Assembly (NCBI GenBank): GCA_017302795.1
Contig: JAFLCB010000013.1
Span: 2,036-66,035, forward strand
From: Deltaproteobacteria bacterium
GTDB lineage: Bacteria > Bdellovibrionota > Bdellovibrionia > Bdellovibrionales > JAMPXM01
DNA: 64,000 bases
Direction of reading: 5' to 3'
Each line of letters begins with the position of its first letter. The first letter of the stretch is position 1. Under the pieces are notes generated by a model. That model was not told the DNA's origin, did not search any database, and worked only from the letters and a program-made list of their open reading frames with translations. This document shows, in pieces, positions 17,611 to 25,642 of this stretch. The position numbers and the translations under genes were made by a program.

Positions 17611-18496
17611 AGAGGCCTCCCTTGGATAAGGAGGTTTTATCATCAGTTTTTAGCGACGGATTTTTCGCATCTGCATCAGCACGGCGAGGCTTTAAAAAAG
17701 AGCCGCGGCCACAGGGCGACCAAACTCTGCAGCTCGCCAACCAGACGTCGCTACGTTCGTTTATTAGGCTTCTGTGAAGCTTCTAAATGCGGCGATTTGC
17801 AACTTCAGAAACTGAACAAAACCACCGTCAATAAAAATCGAAATTCAAAAAACAATTTTAAGAAATGTCCGAAATCTGTTTTCGACGCCGACTTTAGCAC
17901 GAGACGGGTTTTGCACGAGTTGAATATAGCAAGAGTTGGTCGCAACGAGATTGATCATGCTCAGTATGAAATCCTGATCACGCCGCAGCCAAAACCAAAT
18001 GACTGCCGGCTGCATCCTGATTGGCAACCTGGCGTCATTTAGTCCACGGTGGGTTCGACCAAACCTAATTTCCGCGACCATGCCGAGATCAGAAATGGCC
18101 TCTTTCATGACATTGGCAGCCTCACCGACCGACGTGTTCGCAATCACGAACTCCATTTGAAAGTGCAAACATCCCGAGTTTCCTGTTTTCCACATTGATA
18201 TCGTTAATTTCCGAACGATAACCGCTTTTCTGAGCGAACTGCGGCCTTCAACAAAGCGTGCCTAAACCATGGCAACTATTAAGAGATTCTCCTCTCGATG
18301 ATCGACGGCCCCTTTCTTGTTCTATAGGCAGTCGAGGCGCGAAAGAGAAAAAATCTTTGGAAATTAGAATGGAGGCTCAGGTGATCAGAATTTCGGATCG
18401 CGACAAACGGCTGTTCGATTTGCTTGCGCGCTACGAGATCATCGATTCAAAACGAATTCGCCAGATGCTGTTTAACGAAATACCAGATGAAAACCG

Positions 18497-19118
18497 ATGT
18501 CGTGGAAGCGATATCCTTATCCGCTGACGGAACTTCTGATTTGCGGTGAATGCGGAAAGCACCTTGGTGGAAAGTCAGCGCACGGTAAAACCAGAAAGCA
18601 TCACTACTACGGTCATCCTCGACAGATAAATTCAGATGGAGTTACGCACCTGAAGCGGTGCCGTTTGGAACTCGTGCGTGCTGAATGAATCGAAGACATA
18701 GCGACCTTCCGTCAGATCTTCCGGCCGATGCGTTTTACGAACAGATCAAAGTGACGAACCAGCGACTCGCGGAGTTGAGATTTACAAAGCAGGATTTAGC
18801 TTCGAAGGCGACGGCGCTTAACGGTCAGACGATCGATCGCTCGGCTTTGATTGAAAAGGTGAAGGCAGTGGTCGAACGGCTCGAGGTTCGACCAGCGTTA
18901 AGATTGGTGCGCGAGAGCCCGAAGTAGAAGAACCGCTTGAAGTCGCGAAGTCGATTCTAATTGAGTTCGAGGTGGATGAGGTTGTCGAGCCTAAGGTACT
19001 TCGGCCATTCGAACTAATTAAACTGATAAAGAAACTTGGATCAGCTCAGCGAGTCGCCCATGTAATTGAATGCAGCGAATCATTTGTTCGCCAGAACGCG
19101 AATAGAACTAGGCCGTAG
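18497..19118 (+). pseudogene. 3' remnant of a large serine recombinase, broken by successive -1 frameshifts
   Basis: Frame 1 carries 'LLICGECGKHLGGKSAHGKTRKHHYYGHP' (recombinase zinc-ribbon motif). Frame 2 (18685-18927) is a coiled-coil segment. Frame 3 (18927-19118) ends in the HTH-like 'LGSAQRVAHVIECSESFVRQN'. No resolvase catalytic domain lies upstream. Confidence 0.5.
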
Positions 19119-19332
19119 CCTTCTTTTTCGAGCGATGCTTATCGGCAAATCCCTGCAGAATTTCACGAATTAAAACTTGATACCGGCCTTCATAGTCCTC
19201 ATTGAGAGCTAGTTTTTTAAGGTCCTTGACCAGATTCAAGGGAAGACGGATAGAAATATGCGCCGTGATATTTTCATCTTCAAAGTCTTCGATCGGAACA
19301 TTCACATTTCCAGTCTTAATTTTTTTAGCCAT
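19108..19332 (-). CDS. CopG/BrnA-like ribbon-helix-helix antitoxin-family protein
   Basis: 'ITAHISIRLPLNLVKDLKKLALNEDYEGRYQVLIREIL' resembles the CopG_antitoxin 'iRlp..dl..lK..A...G..YQtLi' pattern. 74 aa. Confidence 0.6.
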   Translation of the reverse strand: MAKKIKTGNVNVPIEDFEDENITAHISIRLPLNLVKDLKKLALNEDYEGRYQVLIREILQGFADKHRSKKKATA

Positions 19333-19564
19333 GCAATTCCTCCCATTTTTCTAAAAGTAGCATTCTATTTTCTTTAACGACTCGTAAGATTCGATTCAGC
19401 GTGGCGTTCGAAAATTCAGTTTCTTCATCCATCACTTCCTGATTCAAAAGATTGATCCGAACCGAGGCGCCCATTCCTTCAACGTGTACATGCGGTGGTC
19501 TATGATCATTCTCATTGATTTTGTAGACCAGATGTTTTGATGAGAGGGCCTTGATTCTTGTCAA
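19325..19564 (-). CDS. DUF4160-family protein
   Basis: 'VYKINENDHRPPHVHVEG' matches the DUF4160 'HxPPHxH' core about 20 residues from the N-terminus if TTG 19564 is the start. It overlaps the downstream gene by 8 nt. The listed 215-aa ORF extends artefactually into the IS end. Confidence 0.55.
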   Translation of the reverse strand: MTRIKALSSKHLVYKINENDHRPPHVHVEGMGASVRINLLNQEVMDEETEFSNATLNRILRVVKENRMLLLEKWEELHG

Positions 19565-19575
19565 CCATAATAAGA

Positions 19576-19593
19576 ATACAGTATTTACTGTAT
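19576..19593. promoter_or_regulatory. Perfect palindrome ATACAGTA-TT-TACTGTAT, 12 nt upstream of the DUF4160 start (candidate operator)
   Basis: 8-bp arms that are exact reverse complements, with a 2-nt spacer. Read directly. Confidence 0.4.
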
Positions 19594-19655
19594 ATACACA
19601 AGGGCCAAAAAGCCATTCTACCATTTGGAATCTGAGAGTGGTTGGGTCTACATCA

Positions 19656-20937
19656 TTAACGGGGGCACCTAGATCTTTGTAGGATTGGTTTACCACAACT
19701 GATCTTTCAAAGGAGTCCCAGATGCCCCCGACGGACAGCATCGTTCTTGATCTGCCGAGTTTCAAGATTCTCGACATCGAAGGCCACAACTCGATCACTT
19801 TTCGGGTCGAACACGAAGCTTTGCCTCGATGCCCGCACTGCGAGGCGACGACACTTCGCAAAAAGGACACGTTCACAAGACGTGTTCGACATACCCTTTT
19901 TGGTGGTCGAATGTCTTGGCTTTTGATCAAGGCCCACAAATACAAATGCCGAAAATGTTTAAAGTATTTCAACTCTAGGTTCCCGGGTATTCTTCCACGA
20001 CGGCGCGCGAGCGAAGCCTGCCGAATTGAAATGACGACGCTTCATCACAAAGGCCAATCGCAACAAGATCTTCGAAAGACCTACGGACTCGGCTCGGCCA
20101 CGATCGAACGTTGGTATCAAAGCCGAATCGACGTAAAGGCGCGAGAGTTTAACAATGCCCACTGCCCGAAGATTCTGGGCATCGATGAACACTTCTTTAC
20201 GCGCAAAGATGGCTTCGCCACGACGTTTGTTGATCTCACCAAACACAAGGTCTTTGATGTGACCTTAGGTCGGTCAGAGGGCTCGCTAAAGCCATATTTG
20301 AAGCGGCTTCCCGGGAAGTCTCAAGTTCGGGTCGTGCTGATGGATTTGTCTGAGACCTATCGTTCGATCGCTAGAAAGCATTTTCCAAACGCTCTGGTTG
20401 TTGCCGATCGATTTCACGTGATCAGACTTGTGAATCAGCAGTTCGTAAAGACCTGGGCAGAGCTTGATGATGTGGGAAGAAAAAATCGCGGACTTCTTTC
20501 TTTGATGCGAAGGCATCCAGATCGCATGACTGAAGAACAACGAGTGCGCCTTCATCGCTATCTCGATGAAATTCCAGGTCTCAGGCATTTGTATGTTGTT
20601 TGGCAAGACCTGAATCGATTGCTCAGAATGAAGCGACTCAACCAAAGAAATTTGCGCGAACAGTTGCCTGAGTTTTTATGGATCATCGACGAGCTTCGAA
20701 AGATTCCATTTAGGCACCTTCGAGTTCTGGGTGAAACCCTTGAAAACTGGAAAGTCGAAATCGGGCGAATGATGAGATTTTCAAAAACCAATTCAATAAC
20801 GGAAGGACTGCATAATAAAATGGAAATGATTTCGAGACGAGCCTACGGATTTAGGAATTTTCAAAATTATCGATTGAGAGTTCGGGTTCTTTGCAGTTAG
20901 GCAAAAGTTCCTACAAAAGACGAAGTGCCCCCGTTAA
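19656..20937 (+). mobile_element. ISL3-family insertion sequence (about 1.28 kb)
   Basis: A single transposase ORF flanked by 29-bp imperfect inverted repeats: TTAACGGGGGCACCTAGATCTTTGTAGGA (19656-19684) and the reverse complement of 20909-20937, TTAACGGGGGCACTTCGTCTTTTGTAGGA (24/29 identical). Confidence 0.8.
19722..20900 (+). CDS. ISL3-family transposase
   Basis: N-terminal zinc finger 'CPHCEAT...'. Also 'ILGIDEHFF', 'VVLMDLSETYRSIARKHFPNALVVADRFHVIRL' and 'NSITEGLHNKMEMISRRAYGFRNFQNYRLRV'. Confidence 0.9.
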   Translation: MPPTDSIVLDLPSFKILDIEGHNSITFRVEHEALPRCPHCEATTLRKKDTFTRRVRHTLFGGRMSWLLIKAHKYKCRKCLKYFNSRFPGILPRRRASEACRIEMTTLHHKGQSQQDLRKTYGLGSATIERWYQSRIDVKAREFNNAHCPKILGIDEHFFTRKDGFATTFVDLTKHKVFDVTLGRSEGSLKPYLKRLPGKSQVRVVLMDLSETYRSIARKHFPNALVVADRFHVIRLVNQQFVKTWAELDDVGRKNRGLLSLMRRHPDRMTEEQRVRLHRYLDEIPGLRHLYVVWQDLNRLLRMKRLNQRNLREQLPEFLWIIDELRKIPFRHLRVLGETLENWKVEIGRMMRFSKTNSITEGLHNKMEMISRRAYGFRNFQNYRLRVRVLCS

Positions 20938-21013
20938 GGGTCAAGATCCGAGTGGTTCCAATATCGGAATCGGTCAAATTTATATCATTTTGATATTGTT
21001 AGGGAATTTCACT

Positions 21014-21100
21014 TGGTGCGCGAGACTGGACTTGAACCAGCACACCCTTGCGGGCGTCAGCCCCTCAAGCTGATGCGTCTACCAATTTCGCCACTCGCGC
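21014..21100 (-). tRNA. tRNA-Leu (anticodon GAG), 87 nt with encoded CCA
   Basis: Reverse complement: GCGCGAGTGGCGAAATTGGTAGACGCATCAGCTTGAGGGGCTGACGCCCGCAAGGGTGTGCTGGTTCAAGTCCAGTCTCGCGCACCA. Acceptor stem GCGCGAG/CTCGCGC. Anticodon stem TCAGC/GCTGA with loop TTGAGGG. Long variable arm, and a TTCAAGT T-loop. Confidence 0.9.
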
Positions 21101-21291
21101 ATAAATTGGGTTTGGAACGAACGAATATGGCGTGCAAGCCCAATCCTGTCAACTTGTGCCCGACGGAATCTTTCCCATCCGCTCGAAAATAGGGCACTGG
21201 CGCAGAAAATCTTTGAGCGATTTTAACCGAGTTTATGCCGAACTGGGTCTTACCAGCAGAAGCACGCAAGGATGCGGGCGGAAAAAGAAGC

Positions 21292-21489
21292 ATGGAAGTG
21301 GCTGATATGGCGAAGCCTAAGACTTCAGAAATGAATGAAAACAAGACGGCGGAAGAGTTAAAAGGACTCGCAAAGCTTCTGCAAAAAGAAACAGATCGCT
21401 GGTCTCGCAGGGTGATCCTCGAGGAAGCGGCGATCAAGCTACAAAAGCTCGAACTAGAGCTGAAAGAGCTTGAACGGAGGGCTTCATGA
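21292..21489 (+). CDS. Small coiled-coil hypothetical protein
   Basis: 'AEELKGLAKLLQKETDRWSRRVILEEAAIKLQKLELELKELERRAS'. Start uncertain (21235, 21292 or 21307). Confidence 0.3.
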   Translation: MEVADMAKPKTSEMNENKTAEELKGLAKLLQKETDRWSRRVILEEAAIKLQKLELELKELERRAS

Positions 21490-21638
21490 GTGACCTCTTC
21501 TTTTTGTTTCTCGTCAGTGCGTTGTATCTCGGTTTGGGTGTGTGGGTGATTCGCAAAACAAGCGAATCGAGTACGGGGAAAGCCCAAACGGTCCCGGTTA
21601 GAACCGGTCGAGATCGACGAGCTGATCCAAGATTTTAG
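21486..21638 (+). CDS. 50-aa single-pass membrane peptide (below the ORF-track cutoff)
   Basis: The ATG overlaps the preceding stop (ATGA). 'MSDLFFLFLVSALYLGLGVWVIRKTSESSTGKAQTVPVRTGRDRRADPRF': one hydrophobic helix followed by a basic tail. Confidence 0.3.
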   Translation: MSDLFFLFLVSALYLGLGVWVIRKTSESSTGKAQTVPVRTGRDRRADPRF

Positions 21639-21764
21639 GTCCTGACAGTTGGTTTTGCCTGTTCGTGTGTTCCCTTTAGGTGTGTTTTGGTGTGGTGGTT
21701 GGCGCCGCGGTTTTGGTGGGATTCTTCCCCTGACTCCGCGGCGTTTTTCAGCTATTTTAAAACG

Positions 21765-22937
21765 ATGTCGTCCACAGATCTGGCGCTTTCGGCGTTAAAC
21801 TTTGAATATCCAGAAAATCTCGTAGCTCAAGAGCGGGCGCTTTTTAGTCGCATTATGTATTTTGATGAATCGCTAGGACCGGTTGAAATCAATCGCGGGG
21901 AATTGCTTTCTTATTTGAGGCCAGGCGATCTGTGGGTCGTCAACGAAACAAAGGTCTTAAGGCGGCGAGTTTTTACGCTTGAGGGCATAGAAATTCTTTT
22001 TATCAAATCACTCAACTCTGATCGAACCAAATGGGAAGTACTGTGTCCTTCAAGTCGCTGGTCCGAGGGCGCTAGCCAAACGGCCTCAATTATAACCGGC
22101 GATTCTTCTGGTGACCGACTGATGAAGTTTGACATTGTCAAACGTGGCCGACCTCAGGAAATAATTTGTTCCGAACCGTTTACCGAAGAGCTTTTTGATG
22201 CGATGGCAGAGCTCCCGCTTCCTCCCTACATTCAAAAAGCCCGGGGTCAAAGGCATACTCGTTGGGCAGACGAAACCCAGTATCAGTCGCTGTGGGCCAA
22301 AGAACCTGGAAGCCTCGCTGCGCCAACGGCAAGTTTTCATTTCGATCAAGAGTTTGTAGAAGCTGTGCGTGCCATAGGAGTAGAAGTCGTCCCCATCACT
22401 TTGCATGTGGGTTTGGGAACATTCCTTCCGGTCACAGTTGAAAATTTGTCCCAGCATGTGATGCACCCCGAATTCGTGAACATCCCTAGCGCGACCATTG
22501 AGGCGTTGGCCAAAGCGCGAGCCTCGGGAGCTCGGATCTTTGCGATTGGGACGACGGTAGCTAGATCGCTGGAATCTATTGGCCGCGGTTTTTTTAAAGA
22601 GCAACTTAACGGTGCGCTCGAAGGCGAAACTACGCTGATGATCACTCCAGGGCACGAGTGGAGAATGGTGGATGTGCTTCTGACCAACTTCCATCAACCG
22701 CAGTCGACTTTGCTTGCGCTGGTAGCTGCATTTTCGTCGCTTGAAAATGTAATGACGGCCTATCGCTGGGCCATAGAGCGAGAGTTCCGTCTTTTTAGCT
22801 ATGGCGATCTAAGTATTTGGTCCAAGCAATCGCTCCTGGCGGAAGTAAAGAGCGATACTTCAGACGAAGTCCTCACCAAAATCGATGCGACTGATCAGTC
22901 GGAATCCGGCCTTCGCCGGCGTGGCACCGACAATTAG
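21765..22937 (+). CDS. queA: S-adenosylmethionine:tRNA ribosyltransferase-isomerase
   Basis: 'ELPLPPYI', 'SLAAPTASFHF' and 'ITLHVGLGTFLPV' motifs. Has a C-terminal tail of about 40 aa beyond typical QueA length. Confidence 0.9.
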   Translation: MSSTDLALSALNFEYPENLVAQERALFSRIMYFDESLGPVEINRGELLSYLRPGDLWVVNETKVLRRRVFTLEGIEILFIKSLNSDRTKWEVLCPSSRWSEGASQTASIITGDSSGDRLMKFDIVKRGRPQEIICSEPFTEELFDAMAELPLPPYIQKARGQRHTRWADETQYQSLWAKEPGSLAAPTASFHFDQEFVEAVRAIGVEVVPITLHVGLGTFLPVTVENLSQHVMHPEFVNIPSATIEALAKARASGARIFAIGTTVARSLESIGRGFFKEQLNGALEGETTLMITPGHEWRMVDVLLTNFHQPQSTLLALVAAFSSLENVMTAYRWAIEREFRLFSYGDLSIWSKQSLLAEVKSDTSDEVLTKIDATDQSESGLRRRGTDN

Positions 22938-22988
22938 CCCAAGGCGTTTAGCCACGCCATTCATCAGACGACGAGGTTTCGCTGTTCG

Positions 22989-24170
22989 TTACAAGTAGTA
23001 GTGCAAAACGAAGTACGCTTCGTCGCTCCAATCGTGGCCGCGTGAGACACGATTCCAAATTCCCAGAAACTCGAAATGTGGACGCGGGAAGAAGTTAAAC
23101 CCCAGTCCGTACTTATTGGCCTCGCTAGAATTCAAACTGACGTCGGCACGTTCGTGCTGAAACTGCAAAAGTGGCCAGAAGCCTTGCACCGGTTCGTAAT
23201 TCAGCCTTGCGTAAACGTATTGTGATTGGACCACGTCGGTGCCGTTCACTCGTTTTGTCGAACGTTCGGTTCGATCAATTTCGCCCGAGAAGAACCATTC
23301 TTTTGAAATGTTCACGATCCCGTGCGCAGCTGCCACCCATCTATCAAACTGAGAACCTTGGCCCTGCCAGAAGCTGGCGCCAACGCGACTTCGTTCATTG
23401 ATGATTCGCTCATAGCGAAAGCTAGTAGCGCGTTCTTTGTCCGCATCAGATGTACTGGGAGCAGATTCCGCAAACGTCAAGAACGCCTGATCCTTTTCGC
23501 CTAACCAAGAGAGCTCTATATTGTCTCTTTCGACCTCTGGTCCGAAGCCAAGCGGACGTCGAACACTGAGAGTGTGATCGGCGAGGTTTAAACCAAACGC
23601 CGTTGAAAAACGCCCGGCGCGAACGGCGCCGTATTCTGCAAAACGAAGAAGACCATAATAGCGGGAGCTGACCAGGCGAAATTCTTTTTTTCCTCGCGGG
23701 TCTTCAATCTTTCCCACGCTCATAGCGACCGCCCAGGGTCCATCGTCCCAGACAGCTTCAGCCTGGGCCTGCATCGTAAAGAATTGACCAGCCCGGGTCG
23801 TTGAATTTTCGCGATGAGTCTGAACTGACCGAAGGTCGGCCCCAAGTCGAAGTTTCGAGTTCTCTAAGGAATCCGCCCACTCTTTGGGTAAAAAACCGTG
23901 TCCCACTTCCGCTTCGCGCTCAGTGCCCCATGTGCTCAAAAGTTCCCGCGATAGTCCGCGACCGTACGGAGTCAAAGCACCGCCGCCATTTGGCGATGCG
24001 TGACAAGCCGTGCAGCTAGCGTACCCGTGTCGAGTTAGCTCCGGAAACGCGACGGCGTTTGTAGAGAAGAGCCAAATTGCCGTGGAGATTGCCATTTCAA
24101 TGGCCAAAGCAGTTTTTGTGGCAATGGGAAATGGTGAAACCGGAATTTCTAAAGAGCGACATTGTTTCAT
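22989..24170 (-). CDS. Putative outer-membrane beta-barrel protein with an N-terminal CxxCH haem-binding motif
   Basis: 'HGYASCTACHASPNGGGALTPYGRG' follows the signal region. The rest shows alternating amphipathic segments and an aromatic-rich C-terminus ('EAYFVLHYYL'). The ATG overlaps the YceI stop (TAATG). Alternative start at 24095. Confidence 0.55.
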   Translation of the reverse strand: MKQCRSLEIPVSPFPIATKTALAIEMAISTAIWLFSTNAVAFPELTRHGYASCTACHASPNGGGALTPYGRGLSRELLSTWGTEREAEVGHGFLPKEWADSLENSKLRLGADLRSVQTHRENSTTRAGQFFTMQAQAEAVWDDGPWAVAMSVGKIEDPRGKKEFRLVSSRYYGLLRFAEYGAVRAGRFSTAFGLNLADHTLSVRRPLGFGPEVERDNIELSWLGEKDQAFLTFAESAPSTSDADKERATSFRYERIINERSRVGASFWQGQGSQFDRWVAAAHGIVNISKEWFFSGEIDRTERSTKRVNGTDVVQSQYVYARLNYEPVQGFWPLLQFQHERADVSLNSSEANKYGLGFNFFPRPHFEFLGIWNRVSRGHDWSDEAYFVLHYYL

Positions 24171-24766
24171 TACTTAAGCACCGATTCTATTGTGACAGTG
24201 ACTTCATCTGCGATCGTAACACCAAGATGCGACGGAATTGTGATACCAAAATCTGTGAGCTTAAGCTTAAACGTTCCGGTCGCTTTCTTTGTCTCGCCTT
24301 CAGGTTTCAGCTCGGCATCCATCGAAACTGTTTTCTTTATGCCGTGAAGTTCAAGCTCTGCTGGAATCGCGGACTTTGCGCCTTCTTTTGTTTCGACATC
24401 TTTAAAACGAATAGTCGCTTTCGGAAACTTACCAACTTCGAGGTATTTATCTTTCATGTGCTCGTTGCGAAGCGCTATCTCGGTGTCGAGGGACGATAGG
24501 TCAAACGTGAACTCGCCACTGGCTTTTGTACCGGAAAGTTTCAGTTCGCCGGTTGGTGCTGTGCCAACACCCCGCACTTTGAGAAAGGATGGTTTGCCAA
24601 TCGCAAGGAATTCGACTTTTCCCGATTTAATCGCGAGAGATTTGGCGGCACTATCTGTGGGGCTGGCAGCGTTCGCAAGTGCATCGATGCTAAATGCCAA
24701 AAGTGTTAATGCGGCGAACGCTGATAGAAGAGCTGCAAACGCCTTTTTTCTTTGAGCTACTTTCAT
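24170..24766 (-). CDS. YceI-family (polyisoprenoid-binding) periplasmic protein
   Basis: 'GELKLSGTKASGEFTFDLSSLDTEIALRNEHMKDKYLEVGKFPKATIRF...ELELHGIKKTV' is a typical YceI-like pattern. AAGGAAGG RBS before the ATG at 24766. Confidence 0.8.
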   Translation of the reverse strand: MKVAQRKKAFAALLSAFAALTLLAFSIDALANAASPTDSAAKSLAIKSGKVEFLAIGKPSFLKVRGVGTAPTGELKLSGTKASGEFTFDLSSLDTEIALRNEHMKDKYLEVGKFPKATIRFKDVETKEGAKSAIPAELELHGIKKTVSMDAELKPEGETKKATGTFKLKLTDFGITIPSHLGVTIADEVTVTIESVLK

Positions 24767-24817
24767 GGGACCCTTCCTTTGTGTCGGATTCATTTCATTC
24801 AAAATTCAATTAGGCAA

Positions 24818-25525
24818 CTACGGTGTAAATTCTGGTGCGCCACCATCGATCCATGAATACACAATAGCCTTTAACTCTGGTGGAAGGGCCGGCGCCCTTC
24901 GTGGCATGTCGTCGGTATCCAGAGCAAATGCAATTTCACTCGTGACGGATTTTGCGAGGGCATAGACCTCTAAATTGACATTTCCTTTTTGCGTGGTGTT
25001 GTCATGGCATTTGAGACAGTGCGGAGCAAAAACCTCTCTTGAAACAGTTTCAAAATCGGGGATAGCGCCGACGACGGGTGGCGTAGGCGATGGCGACGGT
25101 GATGGCGACGGCGTAGGTGATGGCGATGGCGTAGGTGTCAAAACAGTTGTCTCCGGTGCTCCGCTATCGACCCACGCAAAAAGCAAAGATTTTTGTTCAA
25201 CGCTAAGGCCCGGCGGACGAGGCGGCATAGCTCCTGATTCAACCTGCAAGCGAACATTGGCTGCCTGGCTGAAAACATCGGCATAAGTTTCTAAGCGTAC
25301 GCCGCCTTTTGGTGCCGCGCCCGAGTGACACCGAATGCACGCCGCATCGATGACTTTTGTCTTCACTGTTTGGAAGTCAACCGACTGAAAAACTTCGCGG
25401 GCACTTTCGCCGTTGGTCGGCGGAGCATTCTTGAGATCATTATAGTTACAACCGTAAAGTGGTGTGCAAAGCAAAGCAGTGGTGATAAAGCGAAAAATTC
25501 CCATTTCCAAATTGCTACGTTCCAT
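24818..25525 (-). CDS. Lipoprotein with two PSCyt1-like CxxCH cytochrome c modules joined by a (PS/PT)n linker
   Basis: Lipobox 'TPLYGC'. Module 1 is 'CIRCH...MPPRPPGLSVEQKSLLFAWVDSGAPE'. The linker is 'TPTPSPSPTPSPSPSPSPTPP'. Module 2 is 'CLKCH...MPRRAPALPPELKAIVYSWIDGGAPE'. Confidence 0.7.
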   Translation of the reverse strand: MERSNLEMGIFRFITTALLCTPLYGCNYNDLKNAPPTNGESAREVFQSVDFQTVKTKVIDAACIRCHSGAAPKGGVRLETYADVFSQAANVRLQVESGAMPPRPPGLSVEQKSLLFAWVDSGAPETTVLTPTPSPSPTPSPSPSPSPTPPVVGAIPDFETVSREVFAPHCLKCHDNTTQKGNVNLEVYALAKSVTSEIAFALDTDDMPRRAPALPPELKAIVYSWIDGGAPEFTP

Positions 25526-25642
25526 CTTCGAACCCCTCTTTACTTCGAAACTTTCACCTTTTTTGTATATAGGGTGAAGTAGTTGAAAAACTAAGATCAG
25601 ATTTTTATTGACTGGCCATTTTTCCGGTCTATTTTTTCCGGT

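Noticed and set aside
17845-18195. A 116-aa minus-strand ORF in the island.
   Set aside because: It has no recognisable motif, no RBS that I could identify, and lies in a region of gene debris. It may be a fragment, so it is not reported as a gene.
19587-19601. An SOS-box-like TACTGTATATACACA next to the palindrome.
   Set aside because: Only the CTGT half matches the gammaproteobacterial LexA consensus (CTGT-N8-ACAG). The second half is ACAC/AAGG, not ACAG, and that consensus may not apply to this lineage.
19325-19972. A 215-aa minus-strand ORF spanning the DUF4160 gene and the left IS end.
   Set aside because: The N-terminal 136 codons or so run through the IS inverted repeat and antisense to the transposase start. 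Only the C-terminal 79 codons match DUF4160 architecture.
15178-21013. A direct repeat of the tRNA-Leu 3' end marking the distal island boundary (attL).
   Set aside because: I could not find a convincing copy by eye. The weak resemblance 'GGACTTCAGTCAACC' at 15221 to 'GGACTTGAACCAGC' is not significant. A computed search is needed, so the island boundary stays inferred from gene content only.
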